A stretch of DNA of 29,353 nt from a virus (Duplodnaviria; Heunggongvirae; Uroviricota; Caudoviricetes). Under the pieces are notes generated by a model, which made no database searches, had not been told where the DNA came from, and saw only the letters and a list, made by a program, of their open reading frames with translations. The position numbers and the translations under genes were made by a program. The stretch is from the IMG/VR virus record IMGVR_UViG_2778261069_000009; one strand, 5' to 3'. Below, piece by piece: positions 17,158 through 26,403 of the stretch; position 1 is the first letter of the stretch; every line of letters begins with the position of its first letter.

Positions 17158-18486
17158 ATGACGTGGAAAGACAGACTTCAGGACGCGTCATTTCGCGGTG
17201 TGCCGTTTAAGGTTGAAGAAGAAAGTGCGGGAACCGGCCGTCGTGTGGAAACACACGAATATCCGAACCGCGACAAACCCTATACCGAAGACCTGGGGAA
17301 AATCACTTTCCGCCCGTCCATCACAGCTTATGTGGTGGGAGATGACTGCTTTGACCAGCGCGATCGCCTGATTGACGCGCTGAATAAACCCGGTCCCGGC
17401 ACGCTTGTCCATCCGACTTACGGTGAGCTGAAAGTCTGTGTTGACGGGGAAGTTCGGGTCAGCACATCGAAGAGTGAAGGGCGTATTGTCCGCTTTGACC
17501 TGAAGTTTGTCGAAGCGGGAGAACTCTCTTACCCCACTTCAGGTGCGGCGACGGCGCAGACGCTGATGTCATCCTGTTCTGCACTGGATGACTGCATCAG
17601 TGACAGCTTCAGTGGTTTCAGTATCGATGGCGTGGCAGATTTTGTGCAGAACGACGTCGTCGGTAATGCCAGCACAATGCTTGGGTATGTTTCTGATGCG
17701 ATGAAAGTGGTGGATTCTGCCGTATCGGATGCCGCCAGGCTGTTGCAGGGGGATATCTCGGTACTTCTGCCGCCGCCATCGTCAGGCAAAAATTTCGTTG
17801 AGCAGGTGCAGAAAATGTGGCGTACCGGGAAACGCCTTTATGGTAACGCCAGCGACCTGGTCACCATAATCAAAACGCTTTCCGGTGTCAGCCTCGGCAG
17901 CGATCTGCAACCGCGCGGCGTCTGGAAAACGGACAGTAAAACCACCGCCACGGCGACGCAGCAGCGTAACGTGGTTGCCAGCACCCTTCGTACGACCGCA
18001 ATCAGCGAAGCGGCGTATGCCGTCACACGATTGCCTGCGCCCACAACTTCCGCGGTGATGCAGAATGCCACAGTGGGGCAGTCAACAACACCCGCGCAGA
18101 GCACCGGCTGGCCTTCTGTCACGCATCCGGCACTGAACAATGCACCGGCGGTGAAAAACACGGTTGACCTGCCAACGTGGGAAGAACTGACCGACATTCG
18201 CGACACACTGAATACGGCAATTGATAAGGAGTTGTCCCGTACAACCAGTGATGCGCTGTTTCTGGCGCTGCGCCGGGTGAAAGCAGATCTGAATGCGGAT
18301 ATCAACACGCGCCTTGAACAGTCTGCACGGATCATTCAGCGCACGCCGGATGAGGTTTTACCCGCGCTGGTGCTGGCGGCGACCTGGTTTGATAACGCGG
18401 CGCGTGACGCGGACATTATCCGGCGTAATGCCATTACGCATCCCGGCTTTGTGCCGGTGATCCCTCTGAAGGTGCCAGTGCAATGA
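17158..18486 (+). CDS. DNA circularization protein (Mu N-like)
   Basis: Start placed at ATG 17158 (GGAG 5 nt upstream); MTWKDRLQDASFRGVPF is typical of this family; position after the tape measure. The ORF-track start at 17116 and an ATG at 17143 are alternatives. Confidence 0.75.
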   Translation: MTWKDRLQDASFRGVPFKVEEESAGTGRRVETHEYPNRDKPYTEDLGKITFRPSITAYVVGDDCFDQRDRLIDALNKPGPGTLVHPTYGELKVCVDGEVRVSTSKSEGRIVRFDLKFVEAGELSYPTSGAATAQTLMSSCSALDDCISDSFSGFSIDGVADFVQNDVVGNASTMLGYVSDAMKVVDSAVSDAARLLQGDISVLLPPPSSGKNFVEQVQKMWRTGKRLYGNASDLVTIIKTLSGVSLGSDLQPRGVWKTDSKTTATATQQRNVVASTLRTTAISEAAYAVTRLPAPTTSAVMQNATVGQSTTPAQSTGWPSVTHPALNNAPAVKNTVDLPTWEELTDIRDTLNTAIDKELSRTTSDALFLALRRVKADLNADINTRLEQSARIIQRTPDEVLPALVLAATWFDNAARDADIIRRNAITHPGFVPVIPLKVPVQ

Positions 18487-19562
18487 ACGATAACGTCACG
18501 CTACGGGTAAATGGCCGGGAGTGGAATGGCTGGACATCGGTGCGCATCGGTGCCGGTGTTGAACGACTGGCGCGGGATTTCAGTGTGGAGATCACCCGCC
18601 AGTGGCCGGGAGATGAGGGTATTACCACGCTTCAGTCGCGCATTAAAAACGGTTCAAAAGTGGAGGTGCTGATTGGTGATGAGCTGGTGATCACCGGCTG
18701 GGTGGAGGCGACGCCCGTTCGTTACGATGCCCGTTCGGTCAGCACCGGTATTGCCGGACGTAGTCTGACCGCTGACCTGATTGACTGTGCAGCCGAACCG
18801 ACACAGTTTAACGGACGATCGCTGGTACAGATTGCGCAGGCGCTTGCTGCGCCTTTCGGCATTGAGGTGGTGAACAGCGGTGCGCCGTCGGGTGTTATTC
18901 CTGATGTCCAGCCTGATCACGGTGAAACGGTGATTGAGGTGATCAACAAAATACTCGGTCAGCAGCAGGCGCTGGCTTACGACGACCCGCACGGCAGGCT
19001 GGTGATTGGTGGTATTGGCTCAACGCGGGCACATACCGCGCTGGTACTTGGGGAAAACATCCTTTCCTGCGATACGGAGAAGAGTATCCGGGAGCGGTTT
19101 TCTGTTTACCAGGTGGCGGGGCAGCGTGCCGGAAACGACGATGATTTCGGTGAGGCCACCACCACCGCGCTGCGGGCCCGCACAGAGGACGCATTTATTG
19201 CCCGTTACCGTCCGATGTATATCAGGCAGACAGGGCAGGCTACGGGGGCAGGCTGTATTGCGCGTGCTGACTTTGAAGCCCGGCAACGGGCGGCGCGGAC
19301 GGATGAAACCACCTATGTGGTGCAGGGCTGGCGACAGGGTAACGGTACGCTGTGGCAACCCAACCAGCGGGTGATTGTCTTTGATCCGGTCTGTGGTTTT
19401 GACAATACCGAACTGCTTGTTTCGGAAGTCACGTTTACTCAGGACCAGAACGGCACCCTGACGGAAATCCGTGTCGGCCCGCCTGATGCTTATCTGCCTG
19501 AACCTGAAGACCCCGGCGCGCGGAAAAAGAAAAAAGCCAGAGTACAGGAGGACCCGTTCTGA
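18483..19562 (+). CDS. baseplate hub protein (Mu P-like, late control D family)
   Basis: 359 aa; ATGA overlap with the upstream gene; order as in Mu N-P. Confidence 0.75.
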   Translation: MNDNVTLRVNGREWNGWTSVRIGAGVERLARDFSVEITRQWPGDEGITTLQSRIKNGSKVEVLIGDELVITGWVEATPVRYDARSVSTGIAGRSLTADLIDCAAEPTQFNGRSLVQIAQALAAPFGIEVVNSGAPSGVIPDVQPDHGETVIEVINKILGQQQALAYDDPHGRLVIGGIGSTRAHTALVLGENILSCDTEKSIRERFSVYQVAGQRAGNDDDFGEATTTALRARTEDAFIARYRPMYIRQTGQATGAGCIARADFEARQRAARTDETTYVVQGWRQGNGTLWQPNQRVIVFDPVCGFDNTELLVSEVTFTQDQNGTLTEIRVGPPDAYLPEPEDPGARKKKKARVQEDPF

Positions 19563-20110
19563 TGAGGACGATTGAAGCCATGCAGCGACAACTTCTCGGC
19601 CTGATTGGGCGGGCAGTGGTGAAAAGCATCAGTGCCGCCACGAAATGTCAGACCGTGGATGTGTCCCTGATTGCCGGTGAACCCAAAGCCGGGGTTGAAC
19701 ATCTTGAACCCTACGGTTTTACCGCAAGGGCAAACAGCGGTGCGGAAGCGGTGGTGTTGTTTCCGGATGGCGACCGTTCTCATGCGGTGGTTGTTACGGT
19801 GTCGGACCGGCGCTACCGCCTGAAAGGGCTGCAGACGGGTGAGGTGGCGGTCTATGACGATCAGGGGCAGTCCGTGACGCTGACCCGGGAGGGGATCGTG
19901 GTGGACGGTGCAGGTAAAACGATCACGTTTCGCAATTCACCTAAAGCACGTTTTGAAATGGACCTGGAAGTGACAGGACAGGTGAAAGACCTGTGCGACT
20001 CCGGCGGCACCACCATGTCAGCGATGCGGCTTGCCTATAACGGGCATCGTCACAGAGAGAACGGTCAGGGCAGTAACACCGACAAACCGGATAAAGCGAT
20101 GGAGGCATGA
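19562..20110 (+). CDS. baseplate assembly protein V / spike (Mu gp45-like)
   Basis: 182 aa; position. Confidence 0.7.
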   Translation: MRTIEAMQRQLLGLIGRAVVKSISAATKCQTVDVSLIAGEPKAGVEHLEPYGFTARANSGAEAVVLFPDGDRSHAVVVTVSDRRYRLKGLQTGEVAVYDDQGQSVTLTREGIVVDGAGKTITFRNSPKARFEMDLEVTGQVKDLCDSGGTTMSAMRLAYNGHRHRENGQGSNTDKPDKAMEA

Positions 20111-20535
20111 TGGAACTGTGGCTGACGGTGAACGGTAAACGCACCTGCGCCAGCGCACCGCTGGATCCGCTGACCCGCGCCGTGGTGATTTCCCTGTTTA
20201 CCTGGCGGCGGGCGGAGCCTGATGACAACGCCGACGTCCCGATGGGATGGTGGGGGGATACTTGGCCTGCGGTACAGAATGACCGTTACGGCTCCCGGCT
20301 GTGGCTGCTTCAGCGCAGCAAACTGACCAATCAGCTGGTGCTGACGGTAAGGGGGTATATCCGCGAATGCCTGCAATGGATGATTGATGACGGCGTGGTG
20401 TCCCGTATTGATCTGGATATCCGCCGCACCGGGATTAATGAACTGGGTAACAGTATCACTCTCTGGCGTCGTGACGGACCGGTAATGATTTCTTTTGATG
20501 ATCTGTGGAGTGCGATAACGCATGGCGGACAGTGA
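20107..20535 (+). CDS. baseplate protein (gp46-like)
   Basis: 142 aa; overlapping starts and stops on both sides. Confidence 0.65.
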   Translation: MMELWLTVNGKRTCASAPLDPLTRAVVISLFTWRRAEPDDNADVPMGWWGDTWPAVQNDRYGSRLWLLQRSKLTNQLVLTVRGYIRECLQWMIDDGVVSRIDLDIRRTGINELGNSITLWRRDGPVMISFDDLWSAITHGGQ

Positions 20536-21580
20536 ATTTCAGCGCCCGACGCTGGCAGAAAATATCAGTATGCTCCGTAACGATTTATTCGCCAGGCTGG
20601 ACGTCAGCGACACGCTCCGGCGCATGGATGAAGACGTGCGGGCAAAGGTGTATGCGGCGGCGCTGCATACAGTTTACGGATACATCGATTATCTGGCAAT
20701 GAACATGCTGCCTGACCTGTGCGATGAGTCCTGGCTGGCGCGACATGCTGCGATGAAACGGTGTCCGCGCAAGGGGGCCACGGCTGCCAGCGGGTATATG
20801 CGCTGGGAAGGTGTCAGCGATGGCCTGAAGGTGACCGCCGGGAGTGTTATTCAGCGCGATGACCTGGTTCAGTACACGGCAACTGCCGATGCAACCAGCT
20901 CCGGTGGTGTCCTGCGCGTGCCGATCGCCTGCTCAAGTGCAGGCGCGGTCGGTAACGCTGACGACGGTACGGCATTAATCCTGGTCACGCCGGTTAATGG
21001 TCTGCCGTCTTCCGGCGTGGCAGATACCCTGACAGGTGGATTTGATACTGAAGAGCTGGAAACGTGGCGCGCCCGCGTCATTGAGCGGTATTACTGGACG
21101 CCTCAGGGCGGGGCTGACGGGGACTATGTCGTCTGGGCTAAAGAAGTGCCCGGCATTACCCGCGCATGGACATACCGTCACTGGATGGGAACGGGAACTG
21201 TCGGTGTGATGATTGCCAGCAGTGACCTGATTAATCCCATTCCGGAAGAATCAACGGAAACGGCAGCAAGACAACATATCGGGCCACTGGCCCCGGTGGC
21301 AGGCTCTGATTTGTATGTATTCAGGCCGGTGGCACATACGGTGGATTTTCATATCCGTGTGACGCCGGACACACCGGAAATACGGGCTGCCATTACCGCG
21401 GAGTTGCGTTCGTTCCTGCTGCGTGATGGTTATCCGCAGGGAGAACTGAAGGTATCGCGTATCAGTGAGGCGATTTCCGGTGCGAACGGGGAATACAGCC
21501 ATCAGTTGCTTGCACCGGCAGACAATATCTCCATTGCAAAAAATGAACTGGCGGTACTGGGGACGATTTCATGGACGTGA
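20522..21580 (+). CDS. baseplate J-like protein (gp47-like)
   Basis: 352 aa; order matches the e14 / Mu baseplate gene series. Confidence 0.8.
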   Translation: MADSEFQRPTLAENISMLRNDLFARLDVSDTLRRMDEDVRAKVYAAALHTVYGYIDYLAMNMLPDLCDESWLARHAAMKRCPRKGATAASGYMRWEGVSDGLKVTAGSVIQRDDLVQYTATADATSSGGVLRVPIACSSAGAVGNADDGTALILVTPVNGLPSSGVADTLTGGFDTEELETWRARVIERYYWTPQGGADGDYVVWAKEVPGITRAWTYRHWMGTGTVGVMIASSDLINPIPEESTETAARQHIGPLAPVAGSDLYVFRPVAHTVDFHIRVTPDTPEIRAAITAELRSFLLRDGYPQGELKVSRISEAISGANGEYSHQLLAPADNISIAKNELAVLGTISWT

Positions 21581-22155
21581 CAAACGATGATTACATCCGT
21601 CTGTTGTCGGCACTGTTGCCCCCCGGTCCGGCGTGGTCAGCCAGCGATCCGGCGATTGCCGGTGCGGCACCGTCATTAACCCGCGTTCATCAGCGTGCGG
21701 ATGCCCTGATGCGGGAGCTGGATCCGCGCACCACCAATGAACTGATAAACCGCTGGGAGCGTCTGTGCGGTCTGCCGGATGAATGTATTCCCGCAGGGAC
21801 ACAGACCCTTCGCCAGCGTCAGCAACGGCTGGATGCGAAGGTTAACCTGGCGGGCGGCATCAACGAGGATTTTTATCTTGCACAGCTTGCTGCCCTGGGC
21901 AGACCGGATGCCACCATCACGCGATACGACAAAAGCACGTTCACCTGCTCATCGGCCTGTACTGACGCTGTGAATGCGCCGGAATGGCGGTATTACTGGC
22001 AGGTCAACATGCCAGCCGCCGCCAACACCACCTGGATGACATGTGGCGATCCCTGTGATTCCGCACTGCGTATCTGGGGTGACACCGTTGTCGAGTGTGT
22101 GCTTAACAAACTCTGCCCGTCGCATACCTACGTAATTTTTAAATATCCGGAGTAA
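21571..22155 (+). CDS. tail protein gp48-like (YmfQ-like)
   Basis: 194 aa; N-terminus [18 protein letters not shown] resembles the YmfQ family as remembered; Cys-rich C-terminus. Confidence 0.7.
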   Translation: MDVTNDDYIRLLSALLPPGPAWSASDPAIAGAAPSLTRVHQRADALMRELDPRTTNELINRWERLCGLPDECIPAGTQTLRQRQQRLDAKVNLAGGINEDFYLAQLAALGRPDATITRYDKSTFTCSSACTDAVNAPEWRYYWQVNMPAAANTTWMTCGDPCDSALRIWGDTVVECVLNKLCPSHTYVIFKYPE

Positions 22156-22158
22156 TCC

Positions 22159-22941
22159 ATGCATCGTATAGACACGAAAACCGCGCAGAAGGATAAGTTC
22201 GGCGCGGGTAAGAACGGTTTTACCCGTGGTAACCCCCAGACCGGCACGCCTGCCACCGATCTGGATGATGACTACTTTGACATGTTGCAGGAGGAGCTTT
22301 GCAGCGTGGTGGAGGCATCCGGTGCCAGCCTGGAGAAGGGGCGGCACGATCAGTTGCTTACCGCACTTCGCGCGCTGCTGTTAAGCCGCAATAATCCGTT
22401 TGGCGATATCAAATCGGATGGCACGGTGAAAACGGCTCTCGAAAACCTTGGTTTGGGAGAAGGTTCGGCATTACCCGTTGGAGTGCCTGTTCCGTGGCCT
22501 TCTGCCACTCCGCCAACAGGCTGGCTGAAATGCAACGGTGCGGCATTTTCTGCTGAAGAATACCCGGAACTGGCAAAGGCTTATCCGGCAAATAAATTAC
22601 CTGATTTACGCGGTGAGTTTATTCGTGGCTGGGATGACGGGCGTGGAGCTGACAGTGGTCGGGGATTATTAAGCTTTCAAAAAGCCACTCTGGTTGAAAG
22701 TTTTGGTCTGGTCAGATCACCAACCACTGGCTCTTATCGTCTGGTTACCAGACCGACAGAAACTGTTTCTGATAATACGTCTAACTATATGACGACTGAT
22801 TATGATTCCCGTGAAGGTCTATATTCCCCTGCAACAGCATACCCCTCTATCGAATTGCCACCAACTGGAGCAGGCGCAGGGGCTGGTTTTAGGGTTCGAC
22901 CAAGGAATATTGCATTTAACTATATTGTGAGGGCTGCATAA
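22159..22941 (+). CDS. tail fibre protein: constant N-terminus (to about codon 96) joined to the variable C-terminal segment Sv
   Basis: 260 aa; the left crossover site lies inside the gene at the codons for ENLGLGE; the C-terminal part is lower in GC. Confidence 0.8.
   Translation: MHRIDTKTAQKDKFGAGKNGFTRGNPQTGTPATDLDDDYFDMLQEELCSVVEASGASLEKGRHDQLLTALRALLLSRNNPFGDIKSDGTVKTALENLGLGEGSALPVGVPVPWPSATPPTGWLKCNGAAFSAEEYPELAKAYPANKLPDLRGEFIRGWDDGRGADSGRGLLSFQKATLVESFGLVRSPTTGSYRLVTRPTETVSDNTSNYMTTDYDSREGLYSPATAYPSIELPPTGAGAGAGFRVRPRNIAFNYIVRAA
22436..22461. repeat. left crossover site of the invertible segment (26-bp, gix/pix-like)
   Basis: CTCTCGAAAACCTTGGTTTGGGAGAA; its inner 14 nt TTGGTTTGGGAGAA are the exact reverse complement of 24296-24309; the 26-mer is itself an imperfect palindrome. 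Confidence 0.65.
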
Positions 22942-23543
22942 TGGATAACGCCATATTAAATAGCGAGATTATCGCCACCAAAGCAGGGAATATTACAGTA
23001 TATAACTATGATAGTGAAACCCGGGAATATATTTCCACTTCAAATGAATATCTTGCTGTGGGTGTCGGTATTCCTGCATGTTCCTGTTTAGATGCACCAG
23101 GCACATATAAGGCTGGTTATGCTATCTGCCGTTCGATGGATTTAAACTCATGGGAATATGTGCCAGACCATCGCGGTGAAATCGTCTATAACACCGAAAC
23201 GGGAGACGCCAAAGAAATCACAACTCCGGGTGATTACCCCGAAAAAACAACCACTATCGCCCCGTTAACGCCATACGATAAATGGGATGGTGAGAAATGG
23301 GTGACGGATACCGAGGCACAGCATAGCGCCGCAGTAGACGCGGCAGAAGCACAACGTCAGTCACTGATTGATACTGCAATGGCTTCCATTAGTCTGATTC
23401 AACTGAAATCGCAGGCCGGACGGAAGTTGACGCAGGCAGAAACAACCCGACTTAACGCCGTGCTGGATTACATTGACGCGGTGACGGTAACAGATACCAG
23501 CACCGCGCCGGATGTCATCTGGCCTGAACTGCCGGAGGCGTAG
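22941..23543 (+). CDS. tail fibre assembly protein (Tfa)
   Basis: 200 aa; ATAATG overlap with the fibre gene; C-terminus DTSTAPDVIWPELPEA is shared with the convergent Tfa'. Confidence 0.8.
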   Translation: MDNAILNSEIIATKAGNITVYNYDSETREYISTSNEYLAVGVGIPACSCLDAPGTYKAGYAICRSMDLNSWEYVPDHRGEIVYNTETGDAKEITTPGDYPEKTTTIAPLTPYDKWDGEKWVTDTEAQHSAAVDAAEAQRQSLIDTAMASISLIQLKSQAGRKLTQAETTRLNAVLDYIDAVTVTDTSTAPDVIWPELPEA

Positions 23544-23958
23544 GCCATTCAATATCTGGAGCACTGGAAGTATCGACCAGTTCCAGTGCGTCCAGATAAT
23601 CCAGCCACAAATTATATTGCGCCAGTTCCTCACCTTTCAGACGACCAATAGCGGCTTTACCGGGCCATTGCTTACTGTTCATGTGTTCGTTGGCCTGATT
23701 AAGCAATAATTTTCTTTCTGATTCTGCCTGTTGAATAAGTTCTTCATGTGATGGTTGAGGTATTTCAGCCCATGTGGGAAAACCATTTACCCCTGCAACT
23801 CGGATTTTCCCTTGTGGCGGTTCCGCTATATATTTTACAAAAATGTTATCAGGAATATCTAATGCATCAGCGGGCCATGTTCCATTTACTTCATAAGTAT
23901 TTTTTAAATTAACAGCATAAAATGCATTTTCCGAAGGGGAATAAATATATTGATTCAT
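23515..23958 (-). CDS. alternative tail fibre assembly protein (Tfa')
   Basis: 147 aa; C-terminus DTSSAPDIEWPTPP parallels Tfa; 3' ends of the two Tfa genes overlap by 29 bp. Confidence 0.75.
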   Translation of the reverse strand: MNQYIYSPSENAFYAVNLKNTYEVNGTWPADALDIPDNIFVKYIAEPPQGKIRVAGVNGFPTWAEIPQPSHEELIQQAESERKLLLNQANEHMNSKQWPGKAAIGRLKGEELAQYNLWLDYLDALELVDTSSAPDIEWPTPPAVQAR

Positions 23959-23959
23959 A

Positions 23960-24310
23960 TTATCTTCCTATTGCGATAATCATAGTTCCATACAAACCAT
24001 TTCCGGTTGATACTTTTAAGGTTACTGATGTCCTTGTTGTCGTGTACCCCATAAGTTTAAAGGTCGGAGCAGCCGTTAATGTGCCATCAGACCATAAGGC
24101 ACTAACAGCCAGTGCACCTGAAGGAAATGCAATAGGGAAATTACCAGTAGTTCCGTTAGTGTCCGCCCCATAAACATTCATCGAAAACATTTGAACAATA
24201 TGACCACTTGGTAACTGAAACCAGTTTTTGCCAGATGGAAATGCAGACATATCTGGTTTCTGATTTTCTCCTGTTCCCACATTCCGTTTTGCCGCTTCTC
24301 CCAAACCAAC
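23960..24310 (-). CDS. alternative tail fibre C-terminal segment (Sv'), no start codon of its own
   Basis: The minus-strand frame is open from the right crossover site; the codons for VGLGE at the site match the plus-strand LGLGE codons at the left site, so inversion fuses this segment in frame to the constant N-terminus. The ORF-track start at 24349 lies outside the segment and is an artefact. Confidence 0.7.
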   Translation of the reverse strand, partial: VGLGEAAKRNVGTGENQKPDMSAFPSGKNWFQLPSGHIVQMFSMNVYGADTNGTTGNFPIAFPSGALAVSALWSDGTLTAAPTFKLMGYTTTRTSVTLKVSTGNGLYGTMIIAIGR

Positions 24311-24321
24311 GTTTATGAAAA
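24296..24321. repeat. right crossover site of the invertible segment (26-bp, gix/pix-like)
   Basis: TTCTCCCAAACCAACGTTTATGAAAA; inverted relative to 22436-22461 with 20 of 26 matches and an identical inner 14-mer. Confidence 0.65.
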
Positions 24322-24376
24322 TGCAGAAATAACGGCTAACTGGCATCATCTCTGGTTTTTATTCAGAGGGATGATC

Positions 24377-24931
24377 ATGCTTATTGGCTATGTACGCGTG
24401 TCAACAAATGACCAGAACACCGATTTGCAACGTAATGCACTGAACTGCGCGGGATGTGAGCGGATTTTTGAGGATAAAATCAGTGGAACTAAGTCCGACA
24501 GACCAGGACTGAAAAAACTGCTCAGGACATTATTGGCAGGTGACACGCTGGTGGTCTGGAAACTGGACCGACTGGGGCGCAGTATGCGGCATCTTGTCGT
24601 GCTGGTGGAGGAGTTGCGCGAACGAGGCATTAACTTTCGTAGTCTGACGGATTCAATTGATACCAGTACCCCAATGGGGCGCTTTTTTTTTCATGTGATG
24701 GGTGCCCTGGCTGAAATGGAGCGTGAACTGATTGTTGAACGAACAAAAGCTGGACTGGAAGCTGCTCGCGCACAGGGACGAATTGGTGGACGTCGTCCCA
24801 AACTTACACCAGAACAATGGGAACAGGCCGGACGATTAATTGCATCAGGAGTTCCTCGCCAGAAGGTGGCGATCATCTATGATGTTGGTGTGTCAACTTT
24901 GTATAAGATGTTTCCTGCAGGGGATAAATAA
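24377..24931 (+). CDS. pin: serine DNA invertase (Pin/Gin/Hin family)
   Basis: MLIGYVRVSTNDQNTDLQ with the catalytic Ser, GDTLVVWKLDRLGRS, RFFFHVMGALAEMEREL and a C-terminal HTH; near-identical to e14 Pin as remembered. Start placed at ATG 24377 because the AGAGGG RBS abuts the first ATG at 24371. Confidence 0.95.
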   Translation: MLIGYVRVSTNDQNTDLQRNALNCAGCERIFEDKISGTKSDRPGLKKLLRTLLAGDTLVVWKLDRLGRSMRHLVVLVEELRERGINFRSLTDSIDTSTPMGRFFFHVMGALAEMERELIVERTKAGLEAARAQGRIGGRRPKLTPEQWEQAGRLIASGVPRQKVAIIYDVGVSTLYKMFPAGDK

Positions 24932-25037
24932 AGTTAAAGTCACTTTGTGTACAAAAGAAAATAAAACAACAGCAACTTGTTGCAATTTTATCAATAAAAG
25001 TAGTATTGTCGTAAAAAATTGATTAAAGATTAATATT

Positions 25038-25871
25038 ATGCATGTTTTTGATAATAATGGAATTGAACTGAAAGCTGAGTGTTTGATAGGTGAAGAGGAT
25101 GGTGTTTATGGTCTAATCCTTGAGTCGTGGGGGCCGGGTGACAGAAACAAAGATTACAATATCGCTCTTGATTATATCATTGAACGGTTGGTTGATTCTG
25201 GTGTATCCCAAGTCGTAGTATATCTGGCGTCATCATCAGTCAGAAAACATATGCATTCTTTGGATGAAAGAAAAATCCATCCTGGTGAATATTTTACTTT
25301 GATTGGTAATAGCCCCCGCGATATACGCTTGAAGATGTGTGGTTATCAGGCTTATTTTAGTCGTACGGGGAGAAAGGAAATTCCTTCCGGCAATAGAACG
25401 AAACGAATATTGATAAATGTTCCAGGTATTTATAGTGACAGTTTTTGGGTGTCTATAATACGTGGAGAACTATCAGAGCTTTCTCAGCCTACAGATGATG
25501 AATCGCTTCTGAATATGAGGGTTAGTAAATTAATTAAGAAAACGTTGAGTCAGCCCGAGGGCTCCAGGAAACCAGTTGAGGTAGAAAGACTACAAAAAGT
25601 TTATGTCCGAGATCCGATGGTAAAAGCTTGGATTTTACAGCAAAGTAAAGGTATATGTGAAAACTGTGGTAAAAATGCTCCGTTTTATTTAAATGATGGA
25701 AGCCCATACTTGGAAGTGCATCATGTAATTCCCCTGTCTTCAGGTGGTGCTGATACAACAGATAACTGTGTTGCCCTTTGTCCGAATTGCCATAGAGAAT
25801 TGCACTATAGTAAAAATGCAAAAGAACTAATCGAGATGCTTTACGTTAATATAAATCGATTACAGAAATAA
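25038..25871 (+). CDS. mcrA: McrA, modified-cytosine-specific (type IV) restriction endonuclease with C-terminal HNH
   Basis: 277 aa beginning MHVFDNNGIELKAEC; C-terminal CENCG...HHVIPLSSGGADTTDNCVALCPNCH HNH motif; matches remembered E. coli K-12 McrA over essentially the whole length; AT-rich gene at the prophage end as in e14. Confidence 0.93.
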   Translation: MHVFDNNGIELKAECLIGEEDGVYGLILESWGPGDRNKDYNIALDYIIERLVDSGVSQVVVYLASSSVRKHMHSLDERKIHPGEYFTLIGNSPRDIRLKMCGYQAYFSRTGRKEIPSGNRTKRILINVPGIYSDSFWVSIIRGELSELSQPTDDESLLNMRVSKLIKKTLSQPEGSRKPVEVERLQKVYVRDPMVKAWILQQSKGICENCGKNAPFYLNDGSPYLEVHHVIPLSSGGADTTDNCVALCPNCHRELHYSKNAKELIEMLYVNINRLQK

Positions 25872-26104
25872 AATTGTTTATTAAAGTCACATTTAAGACG
25901 TAATACCCTACAGGGTAAAAATTTTCTCTGATCTTAACTTCTGCAAATGTTAACTGCTATTTTTATGCTAAAAATGGTTATCAAAACTCAAAAACACATG
26001 TTGATAATCAATGAGTTATGGAAATGCTAAGAGCTAATGAGTTATATGCAAATTAGTAAAATTATGCTGCTATGTCAAATAGTTACGATTTAGTTATCTA
26101 ACTA

Positions 26105-26269
26105 ATGCTGCGCCATATGGGCTGGACTGAAGCTGCAGACCTGATTGTTAAAGGTATGGAAGGTGCAATCAACGCCAAGACCGTAACCTATGACTTCGAA
26201 CGTCTGATGGACGACGCTAAGCTGCTGAAATGCTCAGAGTTTGGTGATGCGATCATCGAAAATATGTAA
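26105..26269 (+). pseudogene. icd: icd 3'-terminal remnant (54 codons) marking attR of the prophage
   Basis: Translates to [54 protein letters not shown], the C-terminus of isocitrate dehydrogenase; no upstream icd body (an in-frame TAA sits at 26099-26101); AT-rich phage DNA ends about 26103. Confidence 0.85.
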
Positions 26270-26292
26270 TTACCACATGTGTTAAATATTAT

Positions 26293-26320
26293 AACGGGCG
26301 TATAACACGCCCGTTGTTTT
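26293..26320 (+). terminator. rho-independent terminator of icd
   Basis: AACGGGCG (26293-26300), loop TATAACA, CGCCCGTT (26308-26315), then a T-run, 24 nt after the icd stop. Confidence 0.65.
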
Positions 26321-26403
26321 ATGATGATGTAAAATCTTCCCCAAAACTTTACCCAAAACTGGCTATTTTCTATGCTGTTTTGATATCTACGATAACCCGG
26401 TAT

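Larger units (their letters stand above)
22449..24308. mobile_element. Pin-type invertible DNA segment (about 1.86 kb) switching the tail-fibre C-terminus and its assembly chaperone
   Basis: Bounded by inverted 26-bp sites; holds two convergent fibre-tip/Tfa pairs; the serine invertase gene lies immediately outside the right site. Confidence 0.7.

Noticed and set aside
19006-19374. Overlapping plus and minus ORFs within the baseplate hub gene
   Set aside because: Alternative frames of a well-supported gene; Arg/Pro-rich composition typical of off-frame translation of GC-rich DNA.
24932-25037. Possible mcrA promoter in the AT-rich pin-mcrA spacer (TTGCAA ... TAGTAT)
   Set aside because: Spacer length between the candidate hexamers is non-canonical; cannot be supported without mapping data.
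25904-25930. Short inverted repeat TACCCT-AC-AGGGTA followed by A/T-rich sequence after mcrA
   Set aside because: Loop too small and stem too weak for a convincing intrinsic terminator.
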